Assembly (NCBI GenBank): GCA_038146925.1
Contig: JAYQSP010000007.1
Coordinates: forward strand, 18,980 to 82,979
Source: Alphaproteobacteria bacterium
GTDB taxonomy: Bacteria > Pseudomonadota > Alphaproteobacteria > MPNO01 > UBA830
Direction of reading: 5' to 3'
Length of the DNA: 64,000 bases
The position numbers and the translations under genes were made by a program. The notes below the pieces were generated by a model. The model did not search any database, had not been told where the DNA came from, and saw only the letters and a program-made list of their open reading frames with translations. How positions within the stretch are numbered: the first letter of the stretch is position 1; each line of letters starts with the position of its first letter. Below are positions 27,457 to 38,332 of the stretch, one piece after another.

Positions 27457-29280
27457 ATGTGCGGAATCATCGGAACCATCGGCAAGGCGGACGCCCCGCC
27501 CATTTTGCTGGACGGACTCAAGCGGCTCGAATACCGCGGCTACGATTCCGCCGGGATCGCGACGCTGGTCGATGGCGGGATCGAACGCCGCCGCGCCGAG
27601 GGCAAGATCGCAAATCTGGAATCGCTGATCGACGGCGATCCGCTGTCGAGTACGATCGGCATCGGCCATACCCGTTGGGCCACGCATGGCTCGCCGACCG
27701 AAGTCAATGCCCATCCGCATGCCGACGACCGCGTGGTGCTGGTCCACAACGGGATCATCGAAAACTTTCAGGAGCTGCGCCAGGAACTGAGCCAGGCGGG
27801 CCACAAGTTCCAGACGGAAACCGACACCGAGGCCGTCGTTCACCTGATCAGCAGCTACCTCGCCGACGGCAAAACGCCGGCGGAAGCGGTCGCCGCGTCG
27901 CTGAAGCGGCTCGAAGGGGCCTTCGCGCTTGCCATCCTGTTCGCCGGTCACGACGACATGATGATCGCCGCCCGGCGCGGCAGCCCGCTCGCCATCGGCT
28001 ACGGCGACGGCGAAATGTATATCGGCTCCGACGCGCTGGCGCTGGCGCCGCTGACCCAGCGCATCAGCTATCTGGACGAGGGCGACTGGGCCGAAATCAC
28101 GGCCGACGGCGCTGTGGTGCACGACGAAACCGACGCCATCGTGGAACGCGACATCCAGCAGACGTCGTCCTCGGGCGCGATGATCGGCAAGGGCAATTTC
28201 CCGCACTTCATGCTGAAGGAAATCTACGAACAGCCCGCCGTGATCGGCGATACCCTGCAGACGATCCTCAATCCCTGGAACGAGATGATCACGCTGCCGG
28301 ATCTGCCGTTCGATCTGACCAAGATTCCCCGGGTGACCATCGTCGCCTGCGGAACGTCCTATCACGCGGGCATGGTGGCGCGGTACTGGTTCGAAACCGT
28401 GGCCGGCGTGCCGTGCGACATCGATATCGCCTCCGAATTCCGATACCGCACGGTGGAGATGCAGCAGGGCGGCCTGTCGCTGTTCATCTCGCAATCGGGC
28501 GAGACCGCCGACACTCTGGCCGCATTGCGCTACGCGAAGGCGCAGGGGCAGCACATCGTTTCGGTGGTCAACGTCGCCGAAAGCTCCATGGCCCGCGAAT
28601 CCGACGCCATCCTGCAGACCAAGGCGGGGCCTGAAATCGGCGTCGCCTCGACCAAGGCGTTCACCACCCAGCTGACCACGCTGGCCTGTTTCGTGATCGG
28701 CATGGCGGCGGCGCGGGGTAAGATCGACCGCACCCAGGAAGCGGCCCTGTGCCACGCGCTGACCGAGGTGCCGTCACGCGCGAACGACGTGCTGAACCAC
28801 GACGAGGCCATCGAAAAGCTGGCGCATGAGGTGATGGAAGCGCGCGACGTTCTCTATCTCGGGCGCGGCACCGGATATCCCATCGCGCTCGAAGGCGCGC
28901 TCAAGCTGAAGGAAATTTCCTACATTCACGCCGAAGGCTACGCCGCCGGCGAAATGAAGCACGGCCCCATCGCGCTGATCGACGAGCATGTGCCCGTCAT
29001 CGTGATCGCGCCGTCGGACGAGCTGTTCGACAAGACCGCGTCGAACATGCAGGAGGTCATCGCCCGCGGCGGGCGGGTCATCTTCCTGTCCGACGCGGCG
29101 GGGATCGCTAAGCTCGGCGACATGGCGGCGGCCACCATCGAACTGCCGGCGGTCGATCCCTACGTCGCGCCGATCCTCTACACGATCCCGATCCAGCTGC
29201 TGGCCTACCATGTCGCGGTGCTGAAAGGCACGGATGTCGACCAGCCCCGCAACCTCGCGAAGTCGGTGACGGTCGAATAA
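27457..29280 (+). CDS. glmS: glutamine--fructose-6-phosphate aminotransferase
   Basis: N-terminal MCGIIG Ntn amidotransferase; two SIS domains; 607 aa. Confidence 0.95.
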   Translation: MCGIIGTIGKADAPPILLDGLKRLEYRGYDSAGIATLVDGGIERRRAEGKIANLESLIDGDPLSSTIGIGHTRWATHGSPTEVNAHPHADDRVVLVHNGIIENFQELRQELSQAGHKFQTETDTEAVVHLISSYLADGKTPAEAVAASLKRLEGAFALAILFAGHDDMMIAARRGSPLAIGYGDGEMYIGSDALALAPLTQRISYLDEGDWAEITADGAVVHDETDAIVERDIQQTSSSGAMIGKGNFPHFMLKEIYEQPAVIGDTLQTILNPWNEMITLPDLPFDLTKIPRVTIVACGTSYHAGMVARYWFETVAGVPCDIDIASEFRYRTVEMQQGGLSLFISQSGETADTLAALRYAKAQGQHIVSVVNVAESSMARESDAILQTKAGPEIGVASTKAFTTQLTTLACFVIGMAAARGKIDRTQEAALCHALTEVPSRANDVLNHDEAIEKLAHEVMEARDVLYLGRGTGYPIALEGALKLKEISYIHAEGYAAGEMKHGPIALIDEHVPVIVIAPSDELFDKTASNMQEVIARGGRVIFLSDAAGIAKLGDMAAATIELPAVDPYVAPILYTIPIQLLAYHVAVLKGTDVDQPRNLAKSVTVE

Positions 29281-29282
29281 GC

Positions 29283-29930
29283 GTGACCGATTTCGCGGAC
29301 TCCCTCGTCCGGGCGGCGGAACCCGACTGGACAAACGCCACCACCCATCGCTTCACGGTTGAACTGGCCGATGACGTTCTGGCGGACGAGGTCTGGCGCA
29401 ATTATCTGATTCAGGATTACGCCTTTGTCGAGACGCTGACGTCGCTGGTCGGATACGCCGTCGGCAAGGCGCCCACCATGGTGGAGAAAACGACCTTCGC
29501 CGGATTTCTGTCGGTGCTGACCGGCGCCGAGGATGCATTCTTCAAACGCGCCTTCGCGGCCGCCGGCGTTGCGGGCGCGGACTGGGCGGGCGCGGCGGAC
29601 TCCGACGTGACGGCGGCTTTCAAAGACCTGTTCGCCGATGCGTGGAAAGGATCCTACGCCGACGTGCTGGCCGTCTTCCTGCCGGTGGAATGGGTGTATC
29701 TGACCTGGGCGACGGCGCAGGCGGACAAGAAACCGCGCGTCGCCTACGACGAATGGATCGTCCTGCACAACGTGCCGGAATTTCGCGAGTTCGTGATGTT
29801 CATGAAAGGCGAACTGAACCGCGTGTCGGCGACATTGAACGAGGTCGAAAAAGCGCGGGTTTCCGAACATTTCAGCCGCGCCTGCGAACTGGAAGTCGCG
29901 TTTTTCGACAGCGTGTACGCGCAGTCCTGA
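29283..29930 (+). CDS. TenA/thiaminase-II/PqqC-like family protein
   Basis: 215 aa all-helical haem-oxygenase-like TenA fold signature; GTG start 2 nt after the glmS stop. Confidence 0.55.
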   Translation: MTDFADSLVRAAEPDWTNATTHRFTVELADDVLADEVWRNYLIQDYAFVETLTSLVGYAVGKAPTMVEKTTFAGFLSVLTGAEDAFFKRAFAAAGVAGADWAGAADSDVTAAFKDLFADAWKGSYADVLAVFLPVEWVYLTWATAQADKKPRVAYDEWIVLHNVPEFREFVMFMKGELNRVSATLNEVEKARVSEHFSRACELEVAFFDSVYAQS

Positions 29931-30022
29931 CTCCCGAAACGGGGCGCTGTATACTCCGCGCTTCAAAATACCTATTTCACGATCATTCGGCCCCAGCGCG
30001 GGTCCAAAGGGGAGAATTTCAG

Positions 30023-31489
30023 ATGGCGTCGCTCGAACTCAAAGATCCGAACCTGTTCCGGGAAGCCTGCTACATCAACGGCAAATGGGTCGGCGCAGAC
30101 TCCAACCAGACGATCGACGTCACCAACCCGGCGACCGGCGACGTGCTCGGCACCGTCCCGAAGATGGGCGCCGACGAAACGCGGGCGGCCATCGAGGCGG
30201 CCAACGAGGCCTATCCCGCCTGGCGCGCAAAAACGGCCAAGGAACGCGCGTCGATCCTGCGGAAATGGTTCGACCTGATGATGGAAAACCAGGAAGACCT
30301 CGCCAGGATGATGACGGCGGAGCAGGGCAAGCCGCTGAAGGAATCCATGGGCGAAATCGTCTACGCCGCGTCCTTCATCGAATGGTTTGCGGAAGAGGGC
30401 AAGCGCATCTACGGTGACACGATCCCGCAGCACGCGCCGGGCAAGCGCATCGTCGTCACCAAGGAACCCATCGGCGTCTGCGCGGCGATCACGCCGTGGA
30501 ATTTCCCGGCTGCCATGATCACCCGGAAATGCGGACCGGCGCTGGCCGCCGGCTGTACGATGGTGGTGAAACCCGCCACCGCAACGCCGTATTCGGCGCT
30601 GGCGCTGGCGGAGCTTGCCGAACGGGCGGGCGTGCCGGCGGGGGTGTTCAGCGTCGTGACCGGCTCGTCCGGGGCCATCGGCGGCGAGATGACGTCCAAT
30701 CCCATCGTCCGCAAGCTGACCTTCACCGGGTCCACCGAAATCGGCAAGCTGCTGATGGAACAATGCGCCGGCACCGTGAAGAAAACCTCGATGGAGCTTG
30801 GCGGCAACGCGCCGTTCATCGTCTTCAATGACGCCGATCTCGACGAGGCGGTCGAGGGCGCGATGGCGTCCAAGTTCCGCAACACCGGCCAGACCTGCGT
30901 CTGCGCCAACCGTCTGCTGGTGCAGGACGGCGTATATGACGAATTTTCCGAGAAGCTTGCCGCGGCGGTCGAAAAGATGCGCGTCGGCGACGGGCTGAAA
31001 GGCGAAACCGAACAGGGCCCCATGATCGACATGGCCGCCGTCGAAAAGGTCGAGGAGCATATCCAGGACGCGGTCGCCAAGGGCGCCAAGGTCATTTCCG
31101 GCGGATCGCGCCACGATCTCGGCGGCACGTTCTTCCAGCCGACGGTGCTGGCGGAGGTCAACACCGACATGAAGGTGACCAAGGAAGAAACCTTCGGCCC
31201 GGTCGCGCCGCTCTACCGCTTCGAGACCGAGGAACAGGCGCTGGCAATGGCGAACGACACCGAATTCGGCCTCGCCGCCTATTTCTACAGCCGCGATATC
31301 GGCCGCATCTGGCGCGTGATGGAAGGTCTCGAATACGGGATCGTCGGCGTCAACGAGGGCATCATCTCCACCGAGGTGGCGCCGTTCGGCGGCATGAAGG
31401 AATCCGGCACCGGCCGCGAGGGGTCCAAATACGGGATCGAGGATTACCTCGAAATCAAATACGGGCTGATCGGCGGGATCGGGGCGTAA
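30023..31489 (+). CDS. gabD: NADP-dependent succinate-semialdehyde dehydrogenase
   Basis: Aldehyde dehydrogenase motifs (ELGGNAP, catalytic Cys in GQTCVCANR); strong similarity to GabD N-terminus. Confidence 0.85.
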   Translation: MASLELKDPNLFREACYINGKWVGADSNQTIDVTNPATGDVLGTVPKMGADETRAAIEAANEAYPAWRAKTAKERASILRKWFDLMMENQEDLARMMTAEQGKPLKESMGEIVYAASFIEWFAEEGKRIYGDTIPQHAPGKRIVVTKEPIGVCAAITPWNFPAAMITRKCGPALAAGCTMVVKPATATPYSALALAELAERAGVPAGVFSVVTGSSGAIGGEMTSNPIVRKLTFTGSTEIGKLLMEQCAGTVKKTSMELGGNAPFIVFNDADLDEAVEGAMASKFRNTGQTCVCANRLLVQDGVYDEFSEKLAAAVEKMRVGDGLKGETEQGPMIDMAAVEKVEEHIQDAVAKGAKVISGGSRHDLGGTFFQPTVLAEVNTDMKVTKEETFGPVAPLYRFETEEQALAMANDTEFGLAAYFYSRDIGRIWRVMEGLEYGIVGVNEGIISTEVAPFGGMKESGTGREGSKYGIEDYLEIKYGLIGGIGA

Positions 31490-31535
31490 GCCACCCCTCC
31501 GGTCAAAAAACCAGAACTTCTGAAAGGCGGACGCC

Positions 31536-32915
31536 ATGTCCAGTTACGACTACGATCTGTTTGTCATCGGCGCCGGGTCCGGCGGCGTGCGTGCGTCGCG
31601 CATGTCGGCGTCGCACGGGGCGAAGGTGGCCGTCGCCGAGGAACGCTTTCTCGGCGGCACCTGCGTCAATGTCGGCTGCATCCCGAAGAAGCTGTTTTCC
31701 TACGGATCGCACTATCCGCATTACGGGCATGAGGCTGCCGCCTATGGCTGGGATTTCGCCGAGCCCACTTTGGACTGGTCGCGCCTGATCGAGAACAAGA
31801 ACAGGGAAATCGAGCGGCTTAACGGGATATACCGCAACCTGCTGAACAACGCGGGCGTCACTCTGTACGAAGCGCGCGCCACACTGGTCGATGCCCACAC
31901 CCTGGATGTCGGCGGCGAGAAGGTGACGGTGGACAAGATTCTGATCGCGACCGGCGGCAAGCCGTCGCGCGACGACGCCCCAGGTGCCGAACACGCGATC
32001 GTGTCCGACGATGCGTTTTACCTTGAAGAACTGCCGAAACGCGTGCTGGTGGCGGGTGGCGGCTACATCGCCGTCGAGTTCGCCGGCATCTTCAACGGCT
32101 ACGGCGCCGACACCACGCTGATCTACCGGCGGGACATGATCCTCCGCGGTTTCGACATCGACGTCCGCAGGCATCTGGCCGCCGAGATGGAAAATAAAGG
32201 CGTGAAGTTCATGTGGAACAGCGTCATCGAGCGGATAGACAAAGTCGGTGGCGGGCTGGACGTCACGTTCAGCGACGGCTCGATGGCGCAGTACGACCAG
32301 GTGCTGTACGCCATCGGGCGCGTCCCCAACACATCCAACATGGGACTTGAAGAGGCCGGCGTCGAGATGACCGACAACGGTGCCATCGTGGTCGACGACT
32401 ACTACCGGACCAGCGTCGAGAATATCTATGCGCTGGGCGACATCATCGACCGTTATCAGCTGACCCCCGTCGCCATCGGGGAGGCGATGAAGCTGGCATC
32501 GAACCTGTTCAAGGGCACGAACGACAAGATGGATTACGCCGATATCCCGACGGCGGTCTTTTCCGACCCGCCCATCGGCACGGTCGGCCTGACAGAAGAA
32601 GATGCACGGGCAAAATATGGCGAGGTCGATATATACCGCTCTACGTTCCGCGCCCTGAAAGACACCCTGGCCGGTTCGTCGGAGCAGACGATGATGAAAC
32701 TGATTGTCGACCGCGCATCAGATCGCGTGGTTGGCTGCCACATGGTGGGACCCGACGCGGGCGAAATTACGCAGGGTCTCGGGATCGCGCTGAAATGCGG
32801 CGCCACCAAGGCGCAGTTCGATGCGACGGTCGGTATCCATCCGACGGCGGCGGAGGAATTCGTAACGATGCGCGAACCCGTGCCCCAACCGGAAGCCGCC
32901 GCCGCGGCCGAGTAA
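31536..32915 (+). CDS. gor: glutathione-disulfide reductase
   Basis: GGTCVNVGCIPKK redox-active disulfide; pyridine nucleotide-disulfide oxidoreductase; 459 aa. Confidence 0.85.
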   Translation: MSSYDYDLFVIGAGSGGVRASRMSASHGAKVAVAEERFLGGTCVNVGCIPKKLFSYGSHYPHYGHEAAAYGWDFAEPTLDWSRLIENKNREIERLNGIYRNLLNNAGVTLYEARATLVDAHTLDVGGEKVTVDKILIATGGKPSRDDAPGAEHAIVSDDAFYLEELPKRVLVAGGGYIAVEFAGIFNGYGADTTLIYRRDMILRGFDIDVRRHLAAEMENKGVKFMWNSVIERIDKVGGGLDVTFSDGSMAQYDQVLYAIGRVPNTSNMGLEEAGVEMTDNGAIVVDDYYRTSVENIYALGDIIDRYQLTPVAIGEAMKLASNLFKGTNDKMDYADIPTAVFSDPPIGTVGLTEEDARAKYGEVDIYRSTFRALKDTLAGSSEQTMMKLIVDRASDRVVGCHMVGPDAGEITQGLGIALKCGATKAQFDATVGIHPTAAEEFVTMREPVPQPEAAAAAE

Positions 32916-34109
32916 TCAGGTTTCCGTCGGGGTTGCTTCCCGCGTCGCGGATGCAGTCGCGCCAAGCACGCGGCTGACTGGAAGGATGATAGACGCCGTC
33001 GTCCCGGTCCCGGGTTCGGACCGAATTTCCAGCCTGCCGCCATGGAGCTGCAGCAGCGCCCTGGTGATCGACACGCCGAGTCCCGTGCCTTCGTGATTTC
33101 GCGACAGACTGTTATCCGCCTGCCGGAAGGGTTCGAAGATCGCGATGACGTCTTCTTTGGTCATGCCGATTCCGGTGTCGGTGATGGAGATTTCGAGATC
33201 TCCGTTATTTCTTTCCATCGTTGCCAGATATATTCCGCCTTCATCGGTAAAGTTGATTGCGTTACGCAGGATGTTGTTCAGCACCCGGACGATAACGTTG
33301 TGATCGCCCAGGATCCTGGGGGCGTTCAGCGCCGCCCGCACATCCAGCGTGAGCGATTTTTCCGAGGCGGCCGTCGCATATTTCGTTTTCAGGTCGGCAA
33401 ACAGCCGGTTCAGGTCGATCTCCGATTCATCGAGCTGCACGCGGCCGGCTTCCAGATTGGCCATCTCCAGCACATCGTTGACGGTATTGAGAAGCCGATG
33501 GCCGCTGAAGTGAATGTCGTCGAGAAATTCCGCTTCCTGGGCGCCCCAGTCGTTTGCGATTCCCTGGTCCCGCAAATGGCCGGAGAAACCGATAATTGCG
33601 TTCAGCGGGGTACGCAGCTCGTGCCCCATATTGGCCAGCAGCATTGATTTCGCCCGGCTGGCCTTCTCGGCTTCGTCACGTGCTTTCACCAGGTCCAGTT
33701 CCATTGCCGCGGACCGCAGCGCGAACTGCAACCGATACCCGAGCAGGGGCCAGACGATGGGTTTGCCGATGAAGTCCGAGGCGCCGGCTTCGAAGCCTGT
33801 CTCGATGGATTCCAGATCTTCAAGCGCGGTGACGATGACGACGGACGTCCGGTTAAGTTCCGCATCGGCGCGAATTTCGCGACAGACGTCGTACCCGTTC
33901 ATTCCCGGCATCATCACGTCCAGCAGGATCAGATCCGGCCGGATGTCCCGGGCCTTCTCAAGGCCGTTCTCGCCGTCTTCCGCTTCTTCTACCCGGTATC
34001 CCCGCTGCTCTAGGGCCTCGCGGCATAAAAGGCGCTGCGTCGGATCGTCGTCGACGACCAGGATCAGTCCGTTCTTGCCGATGAAAGTGTTCCCGTCCAT
34101 GTCAGGCAC
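32916..34109 (-). CDS. hybrid response regulator-histidine kinase (REC-HisKA-HATPase_c)
   Basis: N-terminal receiver ILVVDDD...DLILLDVMMPGMNG; H-box HELRTPLNAI; G-box at C-terminus; alternative ATG at 34100. Confidence 0.85.
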   Translation of the reverse strand: MPDMDGNTFIGKNGLILVVDDDPTQRLLCREALEQRGYRVEEAEDGENGLEKARDIRPDLILLDVMMPGMNGYDVCREIRADAELNRTSVVIVTALEDLESIETGFEAGASDFIGKPIVWPLLGYRLQFALRSAAMELDLVKARDEAEKASRAKSMLLANMGHELRTPLNAIIGFSGHLRDQGIANDWGAQEAEFLDDIHFSGHRLLNTVNDVLEMANLEAGRVQLDESEIDLNRLFADLKTKYATAASEKSLTLDVRAALNAPRILGDHNVIVRVLNNILRNAINFTDEGGIYLATMERNNGDLEISITDTGIGMTKEDVIAIFEPFRQADNSLSRNHEGTGLGVSITRALLQLHGGRLEIRSEPGTGTTASIILPVSRVLGATASATREATPTET

Positions 34110-34863
34110 TCTCCCTGACGCTGCGATCGGCTTCGGTGACTTCTTTCAAGGCGGCCGCAACTTTTCCGAACAGGTCGAACACGTCTTCCGACAGCGTTCC
34201 GCAGGTATGCAAATCTTCTTCCCTCGCCGCCAGTTCGAGTTCGCGGAACAACTGCGACAGCGACAAGGCGGCGACGTTCGCCGCGGCGGTCTTCAAACCA
34301 TGAGCGATCAGCGCAATCCCCGGTGCGTCTTCGTTTGCGAGATGTCCTTTCAGCCCTTCCAGCTGATCCGGCGTCGTGTCCAGGAAAATGCCGGCGACCT
34401 TGCGGAAGATGCGGTCCTCTCCCGATGCGTCCATGGCGCGGAGCTGATCTATGGTCGCCGGGTCCAGAAGGCCTTGGTCTTTTGTAACTGTTTTCCCGGC
34501 CGCGCGGATATCGGCTTGTGGGGCGGGCAGGGCAACAGCATCGCTCCCGATCCAGCGCTCCATAATCGGTACGATGTCCTTGCGGGTGTAGGGTTTGGAC
34601 AGAAAGTCGTCCATCCCGGCGAGGATGCATTTTTCGCGATCTTCCTGGAACGCATGGGCGGTTGCCGCAATGATCGGTACGCGATCGCTGCCGAGCCGGC
34701 CCTCGTATTTGACGATTCCGTCCACAACCGCACGTGTTCCGAACCAGCAGGCAAACAACGACGCGATGGCAAGCAGTGTCGCGGTCGCCACCAGCGACCG
34801 GGTCAGCTGATCGCCCAGCCGCCGGAAGGCGGGTGTGTCGATTGTGCGATCTTCGGGGCCCAT
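34102..34863 (-). CDS. Hpt phosphotransfer protein with N-terminal TM helix and a truncated receiver remnant
   Basis: C-terminal HGLKTAAANVAALSL Hpt motif; residues about 60-105 match only the C-terminal half of a REC domain (PIIAATAHA...DREKCILAGMDDFLSKP), lacking the phospho-acceptor Asp region. Confidence 0.6.
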   Translation of the reverse strand: MGPEDRTIDTPAFRRLGDQLTRSLVATATLLAIASLFACWFGTRAVVDGIVKYEGRLGSDRVPIIAATAHAFQEDREKCILAGMDDFLSKPYTRKDIVPIMERWIGSDAVALPAPQADIRAAGKTVTKDQGLLDPATIDQLRAMDASGEDRIFRKVAGIFLDTTPDQLEGLKGHLANEDAPGIALIAHGLKTAAANVAALSLSQLFRELELAAREEDLHTCGTLSEDVFDLFGKVAAALKEVTEADRSVRESA

Positions 34864-35170
34864 GAGTCTGGGGCGCCTCCGGATTATTCAGGTGGCCCCG
34901 GTTCTAGGCATTTTCGGTTAATCTTCGCCTAATTTCCGCTGTTTTAGCATTTGCTCGCCGTGCGACGGCTTTCGTCAGCTTCCCGCCTTTATCTGGATTG
35001 TGCATTCGGCAGTTCCGGAAACGGCCGGCAGTATCTGAGCAGGCTGGCGCAATCCCGCGCAAGCGGAGAAAGAACCAAGCTCGGTTTTGCTGGAACAAGC
35101 TCGGTTTTGCTGGAAAAAGCGCCATAAACCGCGTATATGCGAGCCTCATAACACGATTGATTTAGAGAGG

Positions 35171-36568
35171 ATGGCCATGTCGGGGAACTGGTCGCCCGAA
35201 AGCTGGCGAAACAAGCCTGTCGTTCAGGTGCCTGAATATCCGGACGCCGGCTCGCTGAAGGCCGCCGAGGACAGGCTCAGGAACTATCCGCCGCTGGTCT
35301 TCGCCGGCGAGGCGCGGAATTTACGCGCACAGCTCGCCGACGTAGCGGAAGGCAGGGGCTTTCTCCTGCAGGGTGGCGATTGCGCCGAGAGCTTTGCCGA
35401 GTTCCATCCGAACAATATCCGCGATACCTTCCGCGTTCTGCTGCAGATGGCGGTTGTCCTGACGTTTGCGTCGGGCAAGCCGGTCGTCAAGGTCGGGCGT
35501 CTCGCCGGGCAGTTTGCCAAGCCGCGGTCGTCCGACGTCGAGGAACAGAACGGCGTGACGCTGCCGAGTTACCGGGGCGACATGGTCAACGACATGGCGT
35601 TTTCGGAAGAAGGGCGCATGCCTGACCCCGAGCGCATGGTGCAGGTCTACAACCAGTCGGCGGCGACGCTGAACCTGCTGCGGGCGTTCGCCCAGGGCGG
35701 ATACGCCAATCTGCAGGAAGTTCACCGCTGGAATCTCGAGTTCGTGTCGTCGGGCGAGCAGGCGCAGAAATACGCTGAACTTGCGGACCGCATCGACGAG
35801 GCGATGACGTTCATGGCCGCCTGCGGCCTGACGCCGGACGCAGCGCCTCAGCTGCGGGAGACGGATTTTTACACCAGCCATGAAGCTCTTCTGCTGGGCT
35901 ACGAAGAAGCCATGACCCGTGTCGATTCCACGTCCGGCGACTGGTACGATACATCTGCGCACATGCTCTGGATCGGCGACCGGACGCGTCAGCTGGACAG
36001 CGGCCATGTCGAATTCATGCGCGGAATCGCAAACCCCATCGGCCTGAAAACCGGGCCGTCGCAGACGCCGGACGACCTGCTGAAGCTGATCGATGCGCTG
36101 AACCCTAACAACGATCCGGGCCGGCTCGTCCTGATCAGCCGGATGGGGCATGACAAGGTCGAAGACATTCTCCCGGATCTGGTGCGCGCCGTCTCTCGCG
36201 AAGGCAGGAACGTCGTCTGGACGTGTGATCCCATGCACGGCAATACGATCAAGGCGCAAAGCGGTTACAAAACGCGTCCGTTCGACCAGATTTTGCAGGA
36301 AGTGCGGGGATTTTTCGCGGTACACGAGGCCGAGGGCACGCACGCCGGCGGCGTCCATATCGAGCTGACCGGCCAGAACGTGACCGAATGCACTGGTGGC
36401 GCGCAGGCAATCACGGACGAAGGTCTGTCGGACCGCTATCACACCCACTGCGACCCGCGGCTGAATGCCTCGCAGTCGCTAGAGCTGGCGTTCCTGGTCG
36501 GAGAGCATCTGAAAGCAAAACGCGATAGCGCCCGCCAGGCCGGTTCGGCGCGAGAGGCCGCCGAATAG
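35171..36568 (+). CDS. class II (plant-type) 3-deoxy-7-phosphoheptulonate (DAHP) synthase
   Basis: About 465 aa; class II AroA(II) signatures ([23 protein letters not shown]). Confidence 0.9.
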   Translation: MAMSGNWSPESWRNKPVVQVPEYPDAGSLKAAEDRLRNYPPLVFAGEARNLRAQLADVAEGRGFLLQGGDCAESFAEFHPNNIRDTFRVLLQMAVVLTFASGKPVVKVGRLAGQFAKPRSSDVEEQNGVTLPSYRGDMVNDMAFSEEGRMPDPERMVQVYNQSAATLNLLRAFAQGGYANLQEVHRWNLEFVSSGEQAQKYAELADRIDEAMTFMAACGLTPDAAPQLRETDFYTSHEALLLGYEEAMTRVDSTSGDWYDTSAHMLWIGDRTRQLDSGHVEFMRGIANPIGLKTGPSQTPDDLLKLIDALNPNNDPGRLVLISRMGHDKVEDILPDLVRAVSREGRNVVWTCDPMHGNTIKAQSGYKTRPFDQILQEVRGFFAVHEAEGTHAGGVHIELTGQNVTECTGGAQAITDEGLSDRYHTHCDPRLNASQSLELAFLVGEHLKAKRDSARQAGSAREAAE

Positions 36569-36582
36569 GCCGCTCGCCCTGG

Positions 36583-38259
36583 ATGACAGATACACTCAAC
36601 ATCGCGCTGGCCCAGTTGAACCCGGTTGTCGGCGATATCGCCGGCAATGTCGACCGATTGCGCCAGACCCGCGCCCAGGCGGCGGAAGCGGGGGCGGACC
36701 TGGTGGTGACAAGCGAACTGGTCGTGTGCGGATACCCGCCGGAGGATCTGGTCTTTCGGCCGATCGTCAACGACACCGTTCAGACCGAGATCGAGGCGCT
36801 GGCCGCGGAAACCGCCGATGGCGGTCCTGCTATACTGATCGGCGCGCCGTGGCGCGAAGAGGGGGGGCTCTATAACGCGGCGTTGTTGCTGGATGGCGGC
36901 GAAATCGCAGCTGTCCGGTTCAAGCACGATCTGCCCAATTACGGCGTTTTCGACGAAAAGCGCGTGTTCAAGGCCGGTCCGTTGCCCGGTCCGGTCAATT
37001 TTCGGGGCGTGCGGCTGGGGGTGATGGTCTGCGAAGACATGTGGACCGACGAGGTTGCCGAATGTCTGGAGGAATCTGGCGCGGAAATGCTCGTCGTCCT
37101 GAACGGATCGCCATACCAGCAGGACAAGTGGGACACGCGGCTCAATTTGGCGGTCGCGCGCGCGACTGAATGCCGGATGCCGCTGATTTACGTGAACCAG
37201 GTCGGAGGCCAGGACGAACTGGTCTTTGACGGAGCGTCGTTCGTACTCGGCGCGGATGCGTCGCTGCGCGTGCAGCTGCCGGCCTGGGAGGAGAGCATCG
37301 CGCACACGCACTGGACTCGCGGCGGAGACGGCTGGGCTTGCGCCGACGGCGACAAGAGCCCGCCGCCCGACGGCGACACGGCAATCTATTCCGCGATGGT
37401 CCTCGGACTGAAAGACTACGTGGAGAAGAGCGGATTTCCCGGCGTTATCATCGGCATGTCCGGCGGTATCGATTCCGCGCTGACCGCGGCTGTCGCCGTT
37501 GACGCGTTGGGGTCGGACCGGGTCCACTGCGTCATGATGCCGTCGCCCTATACCTCGCAGGAAAGCCTCGACGATGCGGCGGAGGCCTGCCGCCTGTTGG
37601 GCGTACGCCTGGATTCGATCTCCATCGAGCCGGCCATGGGTGCGTTCGAAGAAATGCTGGCCGATGCCTTTGCCGGCACAGAGGCGGATACCACCGAAGA
37701 AAACATCCAGGCCCGGTCGCGCGGGCTGGCGCTGATGGCGTTGTCCAACAAGACGGGATCGATGGTGGTGTCGACCGGCAACAAATCAGAAATGTCGGTC
37801 GGCTATGCGACGCTCTACGGCGATATGTGCGGCGGGTATTCGGTGCTGAAGGACGTTTACAAGACCAAGGTCTTCCAGCTGTGCCACTGGCGTAACGAAA
37901 ATCGCCCCGAACACGTGCTCGGACCGGACGGGCCGGTGGTGCCGGAAAACATCATCGCCAAACCGCCGACCGCCGAACTGAAGCACGACCAGAAGGACGA
38001 AGACAGTCTGCCGCCCTACGATCAGCTCGACGCGATTCTCGAAGGGCTGAACGAGCAGGATCTCAGCATCGACGACGTGGTGGCCGAAGGCCATGACCGG
38101 GAACTGGTACTGCGCGTCTGGCGCATGCTTCTCGGCGCCGAATACAAACGGCGTCAGGCCCCGCTGGGCGTAAAGATCACCGGCCGGTCGTTTGGCCGCG
38201 ACCGCCGCTACCCCATCGTGAACGCGTTCCGCGGCCGGGAAAACCCTTCAGGGGCATAA
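36583..38259 (+). CDS. nadE: glutamine-dependent NAD+ synthetase
   Basis: N-terminal nitrilase/CN-hydrolase domain plus C-terminal NAD synthetase P-loop GMSGGIDSAL. Confidence 0.9.
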   Translation: MTDTLNIALAQLNPVVGDIAGNVDRLRQTRAQAAEAGADLVVTSELVVCGYPPEDLVFRPIVNDTVQTEIEALAAETADGGPAILIGAPWREEGGLYNAALLLDGGEIAAVRFKHDLPNYGVFDEKRVFKAGPLPGPVNFRGVRLGVMVCEDMWTDEVAECLEESGAEMLVVLNGSPYQQDKWDTRLNLAVARATECRMPLIYVNQVGGQDELVFDGASFVLGADASLRVQLPAWEESIAHTHWTRGGDGWACADGDKSPPPDGDTAIYSAMVLGLKDYVEKSGFPGVIIGMSGGIDSALTAAVAVDALGSDRVHCVMMPSPYTSQESLDDAAEACRLLGVRLDSISIEPAMGAFEEMLADAFAGTEADTTEENIQARSRGLALMALSNKTGSMVVSTGNKSEMSVGYATLYGDMCGGYSVLKDVYKTKVFQLCHWRNENRPEHVLGPDGPVVPENIIAKPPTAELKHDQKDEDSLPPYDQLDAILEGLNEQDLSIDDVVAEGHDRELVLRVWRMLLGAEYKRRQAPLGVKITGRSFGRDRRYPIVNAFRGRENPSGA

Positions 38260-38332
38260 CCGTTTACGCATCCGGCGGCTTCTGATAGGAGTTCCCGGCT
38301 TTTAATCCGAATTCGGCAAGACAATCAGGGCT

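Noticed and set aside
26847-28755. 595-aa plus-strand and 439-aa minus-strand ORFs across the glmU/glmS region
   Set aside because: Alternative or antisense frames of the unambiguous glmU and glmS genes; Arg/Gly-rich low-complexity translations
32913-32918. Directly abutting convergent stop codons of gor and the hybrid kinase (TAA|TCA)
   Set aside because: Zero-length intergenic spacing is notable but is just tight packing of convergent genes; no further signal
35321-36448. 375-aa minus-strand ORF
   Set aside because: Antisense to the class II DAHP synthase
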